Below are positions 1 to 9,319 of a stretch of 36,737 nucleotides of DNA, piece by piece. The stretch lies in the UHGV virus genome UHGV-0368393, one strand, 5' to 3'. Each line of letters begins with the position of its first letter. Position 1 is the first letter of the stretch. This stretch comes from a virus. Both the position numbers and the translations under genes were made by a program. The notes below the pieces were generated by a model. It was not told where the DNA came from. It made no database searches and saw only the letters and a list, made by a program, of their open reading frames with translations.

Positions 1-45
1 GATTATGTAAGTGTTGGTTGGGCAAAAGACATTATCCGTTCTCAT

Positions 46-381
46 ATGGGCGATGTTCCGAAGTGCAGAGAATGCAGCCGAAGAAAATTTTATATGCAAG
101 GATATGAAGATGGGAAGAAAAATGACGGTTGGATTCCGGTAAGCGAGAAATTGCCGGAAGATGATGATATGAGATTCTATATGTGTATTGTCGAAAATCA
201 CGAAGAGGATTTGCCGATGTTCTGCCAGTATGATAGTGAATATGGATTTGGATTTTGGCATGATATTTACGATTCGACAAGTTTAGGATTCGTTGATACG
301 GTGTTTGAAACAAATGATGAATTGGGGTATGAAAAGGTTGTAGCATGGCAGCCACTACCAGAACCTATGAGAAAGGAATAA
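46..381 (+). CDS. DUF551-like phage protein (frame is open to the window edge, so it may be 5'-partial)
   Basis: The track translation contains the W-I-P-V-SEKLPE motif typical of the DUF551 C-terminal domain. The reading frame stays open upstream to position 1. Confidence 0.45.
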   Translation: MGDVPKCRECSRRKFYMQGYEDGKKNDGWIPVSEKLPEDDDMRFYMCIVENHEEDLPMFCQYDSEYGFGFWHDIYDSTSLGFVDTVFETNDELGYEKVVAWQPLPEPMRKE

Positions 382-383
382 CG

Positions 384-482
384 ATGGACATTATAATCAT
401 AATCGCATTCTTAGCCCTGTACTACATCCTGGGGCTGGGAACTGTGATTGCCATAAAACAGGAATCGAAGAGGATGTAAAAC
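384..482 (+). CDS. Small hydrophobic 32-aa peptide (MDIIIIIAFLALYYILGLGTVIAIKQESKRM), translationally coupled to the upstream gene
   Basis: An ATG overlaps the upstream stop, and AAAGGA sits at an appropriate spacing. A single transmembrane-like helix is predicted. The ORF is too short to appear in the supplied track. Confidence 0.2.
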
Positions 483-579
483 CAAAAGGAGCAGATTACC
501 TTCTGGCTGGAGGATTCCCAATACTGCTATTTGTGGTGTTTTTAGATTGGATTGTGCGAAAGATAGTGAGGTAGGAAAT

Positions 580-1176
580 ATGAGAAAATTTAACTGGGAC
601 GAATTTAAAAATGAAGAAAATAAGATTGCAGTACACTGCAAGACAGAAGAGGAAGCGAAAGACTTTTGCGAAAGAATGCATAAGCAAGGAATGAAGTGGT
701 GTTCAGGCGAAAGCTACCTGAAAGAGACAAATTACGAATTCTGCGAAGAAGAAATATGTTATATCAAAGGAGAGTTTTCGCCGTATCAGTACTATAAAAG
801 CAATGGGTATGAAATCTTAGAATGGAGCGATTATATGAACAAAGAATTTACCAAGGCGGATTTGAGAGATGGGATGGTAGTTGAACAGAGAGATGGGGAC
901 ATGTATCTTGTATTGGCTGGGATGGTAGTGAGAAAAAGAGGATACAATAGTATAGTCGGTTATACTGATGGCTTGAAATGGGCAGGTTATAAAGGAGGAG
1001 ACGTCGTTAAAGTCTATAGGATTACTCCGGGATCACTCGGATGCATAGAAGATGTGTTTATTAAAAACAACCTTGAGCTCATCTGGGAACGCAAAGAACC
1101 AAAGAAAATGACTGTGGAAGAAATGCAGAAGAAGTTAGAAGAGCTGACAGGAGAGCAGATCGAGGTGACGGCATGA
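580..1176 (+). CDS. Hypothetical phage early protein
   Basis: ORF with an internal ATG at 580 preceded by GAGGTAGGAAAT as RBS. No recognisable motif. Confidence 0.5.
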   Translation: MRKFNWDEFKNEENKIAVHCKTEEEAKDFCERMHKQGMKWCSGESYLKETNYEFCEEEICYIKGEFSPYQYYKSNGYEILEWSDYMNKEFTKADLRDGMVVEQRDGDMYLVLAGMVVRKRGYNSIVGYTDGLKWAGYKGGDVVKVYRITPGSLGCIEDVFIKNNLELIWERKEPKKMTVEEMQKKLEELTGEQIEVTA

Positions 1177-1397
1177 CCAGAGAGACCATGAAGCGCAGAA
1201 GGGAGACAGCAGACACCGTGAGAAAGATAGAAGCACACAAGATGGCAACGAGAAAGCCCTGTGAGACCGCTTTAAAGCAAAAGGGGCATAAAGCCTTTGC
1301 CTGTGACTTTAAAGGCGGCGAGAGGGCGAATAAGGATACTGTGGACTACATAGCAGAGAAATACAACATAAAAGAGCGGATCCCGGGAGGTGATTGA
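1173..1397 (+). CDS. Small basic hypothetical protein
   Basis: ATGA overlap with the upstream gene and a GAGGTGA RBS. Lys/Arg-rich sequence. Confidence 0.45.
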   Translation: MTRETMKRRRETADTVRKIEAHKMATRKPCETALKQKGHKAFACDFKGGERANKDTVDYIAEKYNIKERIPGGD

Positions 1398-1806
1398 ATT
1401 GGACAAGAACGTAATCTATGAGTACATGGATGCGAAAGCATTGGTAAAAGAGACAGAGGAAGATATCAGGCGGCACAGAAGAAAGACGATCGTACAGGAC
1501 AAGGTGACAGGCAGCAATCCAGAGTTTCCGTATCAGCCACAGAGCTTTAATATCTCTGGATGTATAGAGAACACGGTGAATATAGACGAAGAGGAACGGT
1601 TGTTGGAAGAACGAAAGCTGAACGCAAAGCGGATTAAAGTAAAAGCAGAGCGAGTAATCAATAAAGCTCCGGTAAGGATGCAGCGGATTATCCGGTTCAA
1701 GGTGATGCAAGGACTGACGTGGGACACTGTAGCGATAAAAATGGGAGGGAGATGCACAAAAGACAGCGTGAGAATGGAATTTCAGAATTGGATGAAAGAA
1801 AAATAA
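1390..1806 (+). CDS. Putative late-gene transcriptional activator (ArpU/RinA-like, sigma-70 region-4-like C-terminus). Start uncertain: GTG at 1390 or TTG at 1399.
   Basis: About 135 aa. Its position immediately upstream of terS, where ArpU-family activators sit in Gram-positive siphophages, together with a C-terminal HTH-like segment (LTWDTVAIKMGGRCTKDSVRMEFQNWM) supports the call. Confidence 0.4.
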   Translation: MIELDKNVIYEYMDAKALVKETEEDIRRHRRKTIVQDKVTGSNPEFPYQPQSFNISGCIENTVNIDEEERLLEERKLNAKRIKVKAERVINKAPVRMQRIIRFKVMQGLTWDTVAIKMGGRCTKDSVRMEFQNWMKEK

Positions 1807-1905
1807 AGTTATTTCGTTTTTTTCACATTTTTCGCTTTTAGGAGTTTATAGTATAACATGGAGTTAGAAGAAAGACTCCAAAAGCTTTCCAAACAACATT
1901 CGGAA

Positions 1906-1948
1906 CACCGCCGGACTTCTGCCCTTTCTCGTCTGGCGGTGTTTTCAT
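1906..1948 (+). terminator. Rho-independent terminator
   Basis: An 11-bp stem CACCGCCGGAC/GTCTGGCGGTG (one G.U) with a 14-nt loop is followed by TTTTCAT. Confidence 0.5.
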
Positions 1949-1949
1949 G

Positions 1950-2020
1950 CGGAGTATAGCATCAATGGTAGATGCGCAGGGTCGCGCCCTGTGTCCTTGG
2001 TTCGATTCCAAGTGCTCCGC
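1950..2020 (+). tRNA. tRNA-like element, possibly a degenerate tRNA. Acceptor, D and T arms are canonical but the anticodon arm is 2 nt short. If a 7-nt loop is forced the anticodon reads CGC (Ala).
   Basis: Acceptor CGGAGTA/TGCTCCG plus discriminator C. D arm GCAT-CAATGGTAG-ATGC. T arm CTTGG-TTCGATT-CCAAG. Only 20 nt lie between the D and T arms. Confidence 0.35.
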
Positions 2021-2213
2021 TTTGTGATGTGAGTATACAGGCTGCACAGCTGAGGTCTGTTCTGGGAGTGCACACCGGACTTACATTGCAATGGTACCAA
2101 AAAGCAGATATCCGCAGATCTGCAAAACAAACAAAAATAGATTCAGCAATCTATATTTAGTGTCAGTACCCGAGTGCGGATAGGGTAAAGGGTGTCAATA
2201 AAAGGCATCCTAC

Positions 2214-2286
2214 GGGTGTATAGCTCAGTTGGTAGAGTGATCGGCTTTTAACCGACGTGTCGCAGGTTCGAATCCTGCTATACCCG
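2214..2286 (+). tRNA. tRNA-Lys (anticodon TTT)
   Basis: Cloverleaf read by hand. Acceptor GGGTGTA/TATACCC with discriminator G. D arm GCTC-AGTTGGTA-GAGT. Anticodon loop CTTTTAA. T arm GCAGG-TTCGAAT-CCTGC. No encoded CCA. Confidence 0.8.
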
Positions 2287-2290
2287 TTGT

Positions 2291-2390
2291 GGACTACTGC
2301 AAAGTTTCCTCCTTTTTTCTTATAAATTTTGATTGTGTTTTTGGTTATTTTTGTTTTTGTTGGCGTTATTAATTCTTTCAGCAGTAGTCC
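2291..2390. repeat. 10-bp perfect inverted repeat (GGACTACTGC ... GCAGTAGTCC) enclosing an ~80-nt T-rich spacer, between the tRNA and terS
   Basis: Seen directly in the sequence. Could be a pac-proximal or late-promoter regulatory structure. Confidence 0.4.
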
Positions 2391-2448
2391 TAAATTCTTA
2401 GCATCCAGAGATGGGTGCTTTTATTATGTTACAAAGGCGGTGAGTCGG

Positions 2449-2916
2449 ATGGCAAAAGGTAAATATCAAGAGTGGCTAGAGCCGGAAGGCTTGCTGAAGA
2501 TAGAGGGATGGGCGAGAGATGGTCTGACGGACGAGCAGATTGCAGATAATATCGGGATTTCCAGAAGCACATTAAATAGCTGGAAAGACAAGTATTCGGA
2601 CATTTCGGACACCCTAAAAAGAGGAAAAGAGGTCGTTGATCGTCAAGTCGAGAATGCTTTGCTAAAACGTGCGCTTGGATATGAGTACACGGAAACGACC
2701 AGAGAATACATACCGGAACTCGATGAGATGAAAACTACGAAAAAGGTCACAAAGCAAGTAGCGCCGGACACTACAGCTCAGATATTCTGGCTCAAGAACC
2801 GGAAACCGGATAAATGGAGAGATAAGCAAGAATACGAGGATAGAACAGCAATTGAAAAGCTGGATGAAATCTTGAAAGGATTGCATGACAATGCAGCTAA
2901 GCAAAAAACAGAATGA
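2449..2916 (+). CDS. terS: Terminase small subunit
   Basis: An internal ATG at 2449 gives MAKGKYQEWL with an upstream GGTGAG. It carries an HTH (GLTDEQIADNIGISRSTLNSWK) and the conserved FWLKNRKPDKWRDK tail of Gram-positive phage small terminases. The 2329 track start would add an implausible hydrophobic leader. Confidence 0.75.
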   Translation: MAKGKYQEWLEPEGLLKIEGWARDGLTDEQIADNIGISRSTLNSWKDKYSDISDTLKRGKEVVDRQVENALLKRALGYEYTETTREYIPELDEMKTTKKVTKQVAPDTTAQIFWLKNRKPDKWRDKQEYEDRTAIEKLDEILKGLHDNAAKQKTE

Positions 2917-4123
2917 GTACATCATAAACGCAACACATAGATGGAATATCAAGTCTGGAGCGGTTCGCTCTGGAAAGTCTTTTGTAGATACTGCTTATAT
3001 TGTTCCGAAAAGAATCCGAGATAGAGCTGGACTCCCCGGATTAAATGTAATCATGGGAGTCTCTAAAGAATCTATCGAGAGAAACGTACTCCAACCGATG
3101 AGGGAAATCTATACCAGCGACCTGATCGGGAACATTAACAACCGGAATGTAGCCAGAGTATGCGGAGAGGATGTTTATTGTCTCGGAGCGGAAAAGGTCA
3201 GTCAAGTCGCAAAGATACAGGGAGCGTCCATCAAGTATTGTTACGGGGATGAGATTGCAAAGTGGAACAAAGAAGTCTTCCAGATGCTGAAATCACGTCT
3301 TGATAAGACGTATTCCTGTTTTGATGGAGCTTGCAACCCGGAGAATCCGACACATTGGCTAAAAGAATTTCTCGACAATAAAAAATTAGATATCTATTTG
3401 CAGAGATACACGATTTTCGACAATCCGTTTCTGGCTCCAGATTTCGTGGAGAAGCTCTGCATCGAATATGACGGTACCGTTTATTATGACCGGTTGATTC
3501 TTGGTCTATGGAAACGAGCAGAGGGAGCGATTTACCGCAAATTTGCAGACCATCCGAAAGATTTTGTCAAAGAGCCGACTGCATCCGATCTGACAGAGAT
3601 TGTCATTGGCGTGGACTTTGGTGGTAATAAGTCTGGTCATTCTTTCGTGGCAAGAGGGTATGACCGAGACAACAACGTGTATGGATTAAATAGTGTCAGA
3701 CACATGAACAAGGATTTTAAGGACGGAATTGATTCAAACATCCTGAATGATCTGCTTATCAAATTTGTGAACGAGGTGCAAGAAAAGTATGGAAAAGTCG
3801 ACTTTATCTATTGGGACAATGCAGAGACTACGCTCGGCCAGAGTATCCGAAACGCTATGCTCAAAGCTAATCCAGCCACGATTGTAAGACCGGCCAAGAA
3901 AATCAGAATAAAAGACCGAATTGAATGCGTCTTAAAGCTCATGGGGGCTGGGCGCTTTTTTATTACAAACGACTGCGAAACATTATCTACCGCACTGCAA
4001 GAAGCGGTGTGGGATGAGAAATCTATGAAAGATGATCGACTGGATGACGGTAGTAGTGATATTGATACACTGGATGCATTTGAGTACACGATAGAACGCG
4101 ACATTAAAATGCTGACAGAGTGA
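2885..4123 (+). CDS. terL: Terminase large subunit (PBSX-like family)
   Basis: 412 aa with Walker A GAVRSGKS near the N-terminus and a nuclease C-terminal half. It overlaps the terS 3' end. Confidence 0.85.
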   Translation: MTMQLSKKQNEYIINATHRWNIKSGAVRSGKSFVDTAYIVPKRIRDRAGLPGLNVIMGVSKESIERNVLQPMREIYTSDLIGNINNRNVARVCGEDVYCLGAEKVSQVAKIQGASIKYCYGDEIAKWNKEVFQMLKSRLDKTYSCFDGACNPENPTHWLKEFLDNKKLDIYLQRYTIFDNPFLAPDFVEKLCIEYDGTVYYDRLILGLWKRAEGAIYRKFADHPKDFVKEPTASDLTEIVIGVDFGGNKSGHSFVARGYDRDNNVYGLNSVRHMNKDFKDGIDSNILNDLLIKFVNEVQEKYGKVDFIYWDNAETTLGQSIRNAMLKANPATIVRPAKKIRIKDRIECVLKLMGAGRFFITNDCETLSTALQEAVWDEKSMKDDRLDDGSSDIDTLDAFEYTIERDIKMLTE

Positions 4124-4131
4124 GGTGCAAG

Positions 4132-5466
4132 ATGTTTAAGTTTATTAACAAGGTTATTACAGGAGTGTTTAACATGATAAGCAGAACCACGATGAAGCAG
4201 GTGTTGAGAGAATCTCCTGCAATTACAAGCACAATGGTGCAGAAAATAAATGAATGGAACAGCATGCTCTCTGGGAATGCAGACTGGTGCAAGGATTATG
4301 TGAAGTCCCTGAGGATTGAACAGGGGATATGTAGAGAGTTTGCAGATGTTGTGCTGTCGGAAATGGAAATAAAAATATCGAACGATAAGCTCTTAAAACT
4401 GTTTGAGAAAACCACAGAGAGCCTGAATGAGAATCTACAGGACGGTCTTGGACTTGGTTCGTTCTGCCTAAAACCCCTTGGAAATGAACAGGCAGAGTTC
4501 GTGACAGCAGATAAGTTCATCCCGGTGAGCTTTGGAAATGATGAGAAGCCGAACGATATCGTCTTTCTGGACTTCCGGGATATTGACGACTCAAAGTACT
4601 ATGTACGATTGGAGCGGCACAGTATTAAGAATGGATTCCTTGAGATCACGAACGAAGCATACAGTTCATCTACCAGATATGGATTTGACCGTAAAATCCC
4701 GTTGGAAAGCCTAGAAGCATGGAGAGGACTGCCGGAGCACGTAGCATATCCAGGAGTGAAAGAAATGGATTTTGGATATTACCGGAATCCGATCAAGAAC
4801 AGGATTGATGATACGCCTTGTGGTGTGTCTATTTTTGATTATGCGATCGATTTGATCCGGAAAGCGGACGTGCAGAGTGCAAGGATAGACTGGGAGTTTG
4901 AGTCTGGTGAGAGGGCGATTCATGTGGATGCTGTGGCTATCAAGCGAGAGTCAGACGGACAGAATGGCGTATCCAAGTTAAATAAAAGATTGTACCGAGG
5001 AATTGACGGCGAAGAGGGATTTTTCAAAGAATTTTCACCGGAGCTTAGAGACCAGAACTTGATTAACGGTCTCGAGAATTACTTTAGACAGATCGAGTTT
5101 GTAGTTGGTCTTGCGTTCGGCGATTTAAGCAATCCGCAGAGCGTGGATAAGACAGCAACAGAGGTTAAAGCGTCAAAAAACCGGAAATACAATCGTGTCA
5201 AAGCAATCCAAGATAACTTACGAGATTGCTTTGAGGATTTTGTGAGAGGTCTGGCGTTCCACGAAGGAATGCTTCATTCAGGATATGAGTTTATCTGCAG
5301 TTTTAAAGACTCAATTCTGACAGATGAGGAAACGGATCGTCAGTTGATGCTAAATGAGATAGCAGCCGGAATCAGATCACACTGGGAGTACAGGGTTCGA
5401 TTCCTCGGGGAGGATGAAGAAACTGCAAAAGCGAATGTGCCGGATCAAGGTGGAGTAATGGAGTGA
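4132..5466 (+). CDS. Portal protein (SPP1 gp6-like)
   Basis: About 445 aa, directly after terL. GAGGTG RBS precedes the ATG at 4132. Size and position match a portal. Confidence 0.65.
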   Translation: MFKFINKVITGVFNMISRTTMKQVLRESPAITSTMVQKINEWNSMLSGNADWCKDYVKSLRIEQGICREFADVVLSEMEIKISNDKLLKLFEKTTESLNENLQDGLGLGSFCLKPLGNEQAEFVTADKFIPVSFGNDEKPNDIVFLDFRDIDDSKYYVRLERHSIKNGFLEITNEAYSSSTRYGFDRKIPLESLEAWRGLPEHVAYPGVKEMDFGYYRNPIKNRIDDTPCGVSIFDYAIDLIRKADVQSARIDWEFESGERAIHVDAVAIKRESDGQNGVSKLNKRLYRGIDGEEGFFKEFSPELRDQNLINGLENYFRQIEFVVGLAFGDLSNPQSVDKTATEVKASKNRKYNRVKAIQDNLRDCFEDFVRGLAFHEGMLHSGYEFICSFKDSILTDEETDRQLMLNEIAAGIRSHWEYRVRFLGEDEETAKANVPDQGGVME

Positions 5467-5472
5467 TAGGTA

Positions 5473-6630
5473 ATGGATAAGCCAGATGTCGTAAAAATGT
5501 CTCTCAGAATGGAATCTATCTGGATGGATGCTGAGAACCGGATCATACAGGATATCGTTCGCAGGATACGCAAGACCGGAAAGATCACATCCACTGCCGA
5601 TTACCAGATTAACAGACTGGTGGAGATGGGAAAGAGCACAGAAGAGGTGGAAAAAATCCTACAAGATGCTCTTAAAGCCACTTATCCAGAGATGTTTAAG
5701 CTGTATGACGAGATAGCGGAGTGGCAGTATGTAAGGGATAGGGACTTATATGAGCAGATCAACCGGGAATTTATTCCGGCAGAGGAAAACGAACAGCTCA
5801 AACAGGTGTCGCAGGCCGTCAGGAAGCAGACACAGGACAAGTTGCATAACCTTGCAAGGTCTTATGGATTCTCGGTCTTAATGGGTAATCGTCGCGTATT
5901 TATGCCGTTTTCGGAGTATTACCAGCGATATGTCGATATGGCAATCACAGACGTGATAAGCGGTGCCTTTGATTACAACACAGTCATCCGTAGAGTTGTT
6001 ACACAGATGACGAACAGTGGCTTAAGGACTGTAGACTACGCCACCGGACACAGCAACAGAGTACATGTGGCAGTGCGAAGAAGCGTATTGACTGGAGTAT
6101 CGCAGATCACAGGAGAAATGAACAGGATCAATGCTGACAAGCTTGGCACGAATTATTACGAGGTAGACTGGCATCCAGGAGCCAGACCGGAACACCGGAA
6201 GTGGCAAGGAAAAGTGTACAGCAAAGAAGAACTGGCGTCTGTGTGCGGTCTTGGAACTGCTACTGGCCTACAAGGAGCTAACTGCTACCACGATTATTAC
6301 CCATTTGTAAAAGGAGCGTCTGAACGGCAGTGGACGGATGAATGGTTAAAAAAGCAGAATGCCATAGAAAACAAAACAAAGAGGTGGCAAGGTAAAGAGT
6401 TGGATGCTTACGGAATTACACAGCAACAGCGAAGAATGGAAACCGCAATGAGAGCGCAGCGGTCTAAGATCATGGCACTCAAGACTGCCAGAGCAGATCC
6501 AGACAATATATTGACCATGAGAGTAAAATACAAAGCCCAACTGTACGAATACACAAAGTTCTGTCGGAAGATGGGCGTAGAACAACAAAGAGAACGGATA
6601 TACATGGATATGTTAGGGAGAGTCGCATAG
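5473..6630 (+). CDS. Minor capsid / head morphogenesis protein (Phage_min_cap2 / SPP1 gp7-like)
   Basis: 385 aa following the portal, with conserved HSNRVHVAVRRSVLTG and HPGARPEHRKWQGKVYS segments. Confidence 0.6.
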   Translation: MDKPDVVKMSLRMESIWMDAENRIIQDIVRRIRKTGKITSTADYQINRLVEMGKSTEEVEKILQDALKATYPEMFKLYDEIAEWQYVRDRDLYEQINREFIPAEENEQLKQVSQAVRKQTQDKLHNLARSYGFSVLMGNRRVFMPFSEYYQRYVDMAITDVISGAFDYNTVIRRVVTQMTNSGLRTVDYATGHSNRVHVAVRRSVLTGVSQITGEMNRINADKLGTNYYEVDWHPGARPEHRKWQGKVYSKEELASVCGLGTATGLQGANCYHDYYPFVKGASERQWTDEWLKKQNAIENKTKRWQGKELDAYGITQQQRRMETAMRAQRSKIMALKTARADPDNILTMRVKYKAQLYEYTKFCRKMGVEQQRERIYMDMLGRVA

Positions 6631-6646
6631 GCGGCTCTTTTATTTT
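6620..6646 (+). terminator. Hairpin plus U-tract (attenuator/terminator-like) at the end of the minor capsid gene
   Basis: GAGTCGC-ATAG-GCGGCTC followed by TTTTATTTT. Confidence 0.35.
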
Positions 6647-6732
6647 GTCCTGCCAGATGACGAGAAACTGGGTACTTACTTGAGACATGTGGTGCGACCA
6701 CGAGAAAAAGCGAAGCGAAAGGAAGATGAAAC

Positions 6733-7281
6733 ATGAAAAGAGAGTTTTTAGAAGAAATGGGATTGGAAAAAGAACAGATTGATAAGATTCTGGACGCCAA
6801 TTCCACAGATGTCGGTAAAGCAAAAAAAGATTATGACAACATCAAATCGGAGCTTGACACGACAAAACAGCAGCTTACAGACGCAAACACAGCCATTGAG
6901 GGATTCGGAGACTATGAAGAAATCAAAGGTCAGGTAGCCGATTACAAAGCAAAATACGAAGCATCCGAAGCAGAGAAAGCGCAGATTAAACAGGATTATG
7001 AGTTTAACGGAAAACTTGAAGCCGCAGCTAAGAAGCACGGTGCAAGAGCTTTAAAAGCGGTTCTTCCGTACTTAAAAACGGATGATCTGAAAGCATCCAA
7101 AAATCAGGATACGGATATTGAAAATGCATTCAAAGACCTGAAAGAGAACGAAGAAAGCAAATTCCTGTTTGCGGATGATGAACCGATTAAAAATCCAGTG
7201 CTTGGAAGCGGAGCCGAGAAGCCAGGTGCGTTTGATGCGGTAGCTGCTGCTATGGGACTCACAGAAAAAGATTTTAAATGA
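6733..7281 (+). CDS. Scaffolding protein (Phage_GP20-like)
   Basis: 182 aa, acidic, alpha-helical and coiled-coil-like, lying between the portal/minor capsid and major capsid genes. Confidence 0.65.
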   Translation: MKREFLEEMGLEKEQIDKILDANSTDVGKAKKDYDNIKSELDTTKQQLTDANTAIEGFGDYEEIKGQVADYKAKYEASEAEKAQIKQDYEFNGKLEAAAKKHGARALKAVLPYLKTDDLKASKNQDTDIENAFKDLKENEESKFLFADDEPIKNPVLGSGAEKPGAFDAVAAAMGLTEKDFK

Positions 7282-7295
7282 TAAGGAGATAAGAT

Positions 7296-8153
7296 ATGCC
7301 AAATTCAATTACGCTTAGAAAACAGTATTCTACGATGCTCGACCTCGTGTATAAGAAAAGTTCACTGACATCTATCTTAGATGGCCCGAGTGAGCTGATC
7401 CGAGAGGGAGCAAATGCAAACGAAATCTTGATTCCGAAAATGTCCATGCAGGGACTTGCAAACTATGATAAGTCCTCTGGATACGTCAACGGTGATGTAA
7501 CTCTGGACTACGAGACAGTTAAATGCGACTACGACAGAGGTCGTAAATTTAATGTAGATGCAATGGATAATATTGAGTCTGCTGGCGTAGCATTTGGACG
7601 TCTTGCAGGGGAGTTTATCCGCACGCAGGTAGTGCCCGAGTTGGATGCATGGAGATTTTCCAAGTATGCACAGATTTCTGGTATCACAACAGCAGAAGGC
7701 GCACTGAACGATGGAAAAGCAGCACTTGCAGCGTTAAGAGCCGCAAGAAACGCGATCGAAGATGCAGAGGGAGATGTATCTACATGCTATCTGTTTATCA
7801 ATCCAGCATTGGTTGGAATGGTTGAAGACTTAGATACAACTGCATCCAGAAGAGCATTGGAAGGATGGGCTGGAATCGTGAAAGTACCGTCCGCAAGATT
7901 TTACACAAAAGTTGACTTGACAGCAAACGGAGCTGGTGGATTCGCTAAGAATTCAGACGGAAAAGCAATCAACTTTATGGCAATTGACCGGAACGCGGCT
8001 ATCCAGTACCAGAAACACACAGTTCCGAAGATTATTTCCCCAGACCAGAACCAGGCTGCTGATGCTTATATGTACGCATACAGAACAGTCGGAATGTGTG
8101 ATGCCTACGAAAATAAAGTAAAAGGAATTTACTGTCATCACGTGGGGGAATAG
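7296..8153 (+). CDS. Major capsid protein
   Basis: 285 aa, immediately after the scaffold gene. GGAGATAAG RBS. Position within the module supports the call. Confidence 0.7.
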   Translation: MPNSITLRKQYSTMLDLVYKKSSLTSILDGPSELIREGANANEILIPKMSMQGLANYDKSSGYVNGDVTLDYETVKCDYDRGRKFNVDAMDNIESAGVAFGRLAGEFIRTQVVPELDAWRFSKYAQISGITTAEGALNDGKAALAALRAARNAIEDAEGDVSTCYLFINPALVGMVEDLDTTASRRALEGWAGIVKVPSARFYTKVDLTANGAGGFAKNSDGKAINFMAIDRNAAIQYQKHTVPKIISPDQNQAADAYMYAYRTVGMCDAYENKVKGIYCHHVGE

Positions 8154-8243
8154 CACCCCCTGAAGATCTCGCCTTGGTAGGCAGGGGGAAAGTAGGCAAG
8201 GCAAAAGCAGGTAAAGCAAAATAGTATAATGGAGGTATTCAAA

Positions 8244-8609
8244 ATGGCATACGAACCAACTACATGGAATAATGATGACGTTATTACAGCAGAGAAACTG
8301 AATAAGTTAGAGCAGGGCGTAAAGAATGAGCAGGTTGGAGCAGTAGGACCAGCAGGAGCAGTAGGACCGGCAGGACCAGCAGGAGCAGTAGGACCGGCAA
8401 GACCGAAAGGAGACAAGGGAGATCCAGGCGCACAGGGACCTGCGGGACCAAGCTACACTCTTCCAGCGGCGAACAAAACAACGCTGGGCGGTGTGAAACA
8501 GATGGCTTTGATTGCAGATTTGTCCACAGAAACAACAACTGACCTGAAAAATAAAATCAATGAGATTCTTGCGGAGATGGAAAAACAGGGGATCATGGCG
8601 AATCAGTAA
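8244..8609 (+). CDS. Collagen-like (Gly-X-Y) repeat protein, candidate head decoration/fibre protein
   Basis: GGAGG RBS 8 nt before the ATG at 8244 (the 8229 track start is the RBS read as codons). It carries a [38 protein letters not shown] triple-helix segment encoded by 18-bp tandem DNA repeats. Confidence 0.6.
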   Translation: MAYEPTTWNNDDVITAEKLNKLEQGVKNEQVGAVGPAGAVGPAGPAGAVGPARPKGDKGDPGAQGPAGPSYTLPAANKTTLGGVKQMALIADLSTETTTDLKNKINEILAEMEKQGIMANQ

Positions 8610-8618
8610 GGAGTACAC

Positions 8619-8990
8619 ATGTTAGTAGATTACAAATACTACATTGAGGACTTTGGTGGAGAGAAAATCTCCACTGAGTCCGCGTTTAAAAAGACTCGTG
8701 ATCTTGCGGATGTTTATATGTATGATTTCACGTCCGGAAGAGCAGAAAGCGACACGGAAAATGAGCACCGTATCAAATCGTGTCTTTGTGAGATGTGCGA
8801 TGTCATCTATAATTTGACAGCAAATGACGGAAAGATCGTAAAATCCGAAAATACAGACGGGTACTCTGTGTCTTATGTAACAGAGCGTATTGACGGACAG
8901 GATGCGGAAAAAGTGCTTGAGAATAAGCTGTACCGGATTGCGAAAGTCTATCTCGGTAATACCGGCTTACTGTATCGCGGAGTATGCTAA
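8619..8990 (+). CDS. Head-tail connector (gp6-like)
   Basis: Size and position as the first of four small head-tail joining genes. Confidence 0.4.
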   Translation: MLVDYKYYIEDFGGEKISTESAFKKTRDLADVYMYDFTSGRAESDTENEHRIKSCLCEMCDVIYNLTANDGKIVKSENTDGYSVSYVTERIDGQDAEKVLENKLYRIAKVYLGNTGLLYRGVC

Positions 8991-9319
8991 CAAATTCAGA
9001 CGCCACCCTGTACAGCCGGAAGTATAACCCGTCTACTCGGCTGGATGAGTGGGAACGAACCTACATCCCGGAAGTGTGGTGGTACAAAAACGAAAAGTCG
9101 CAGATCACGACAGATGGATTAAAACAGGCTGATACGTACACAATCAGGATCTCTGACACGAGCGTAGCAATAAAAAAAGACGATTACCTTGTCAAAGGAG
9201 ATTGTCAGATTGTGATGCAGACAATCAAAGACTTGGACGGATTTGACAAGACCAGAGTCACATCCGTAAACTACAACGCATTCGGCGGCAATCCGCATAT
9301 TAAGGTGGTGGGAGTGTAA
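8984..9319 (+). CDS. Head closure / head-tail adaptor protein
   Basis: Position and size. Overlapping start/stop coupling with its neighbours. Confidence 0.4.
   Translation: MLTNSDATLYSRKYNPSTRLDEWERTYIPEVWWYKNEKSQITTDGLKQADTYTIRISDTSVAIKKDDYLVKGDCQIVMQTIKDLDGFDKTRVTSVNYNAFGGNPHIKVVGV

Noticed and set aside
2329-2448. N-terminal 40-aa hydrophobic extension of terS, as in the track start at 2329
   Set aside because: It lies over the T-rich inverted-repeat region and has no RBS. An internal ATG at 2449 with an RBS gives a canonical terS N-terminus.
8229-8243. Identical MEVFKM N-termini on the 8229 (+) and 27335 (-) ORFs
   Set aside because: In both cases this is the GGAGGT RBS plus the spacer read as codons. 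One uses a GTG start. The real starts are the downstream ATGs at 8244 and 27320.
8154-8243. CCCCCTG...CAGGGGG hairpin after the major capsid gene, as a possible terminator
   Set aside because: No U-tract follows it. At most it is an mRNA-stabilising stem-loop, which cannot be established from sequence alone.
8336-8405. Tandem 18-bp repeats that could be mistaken for a CRISPR array or a DGR template
   Set aside because: The repeats are directly adjacent without spacers and in-frame, encoding Gly-X-Y collagen. No cas genes, reverse transcriptase or TR/VR pair is present anywhere in the window.
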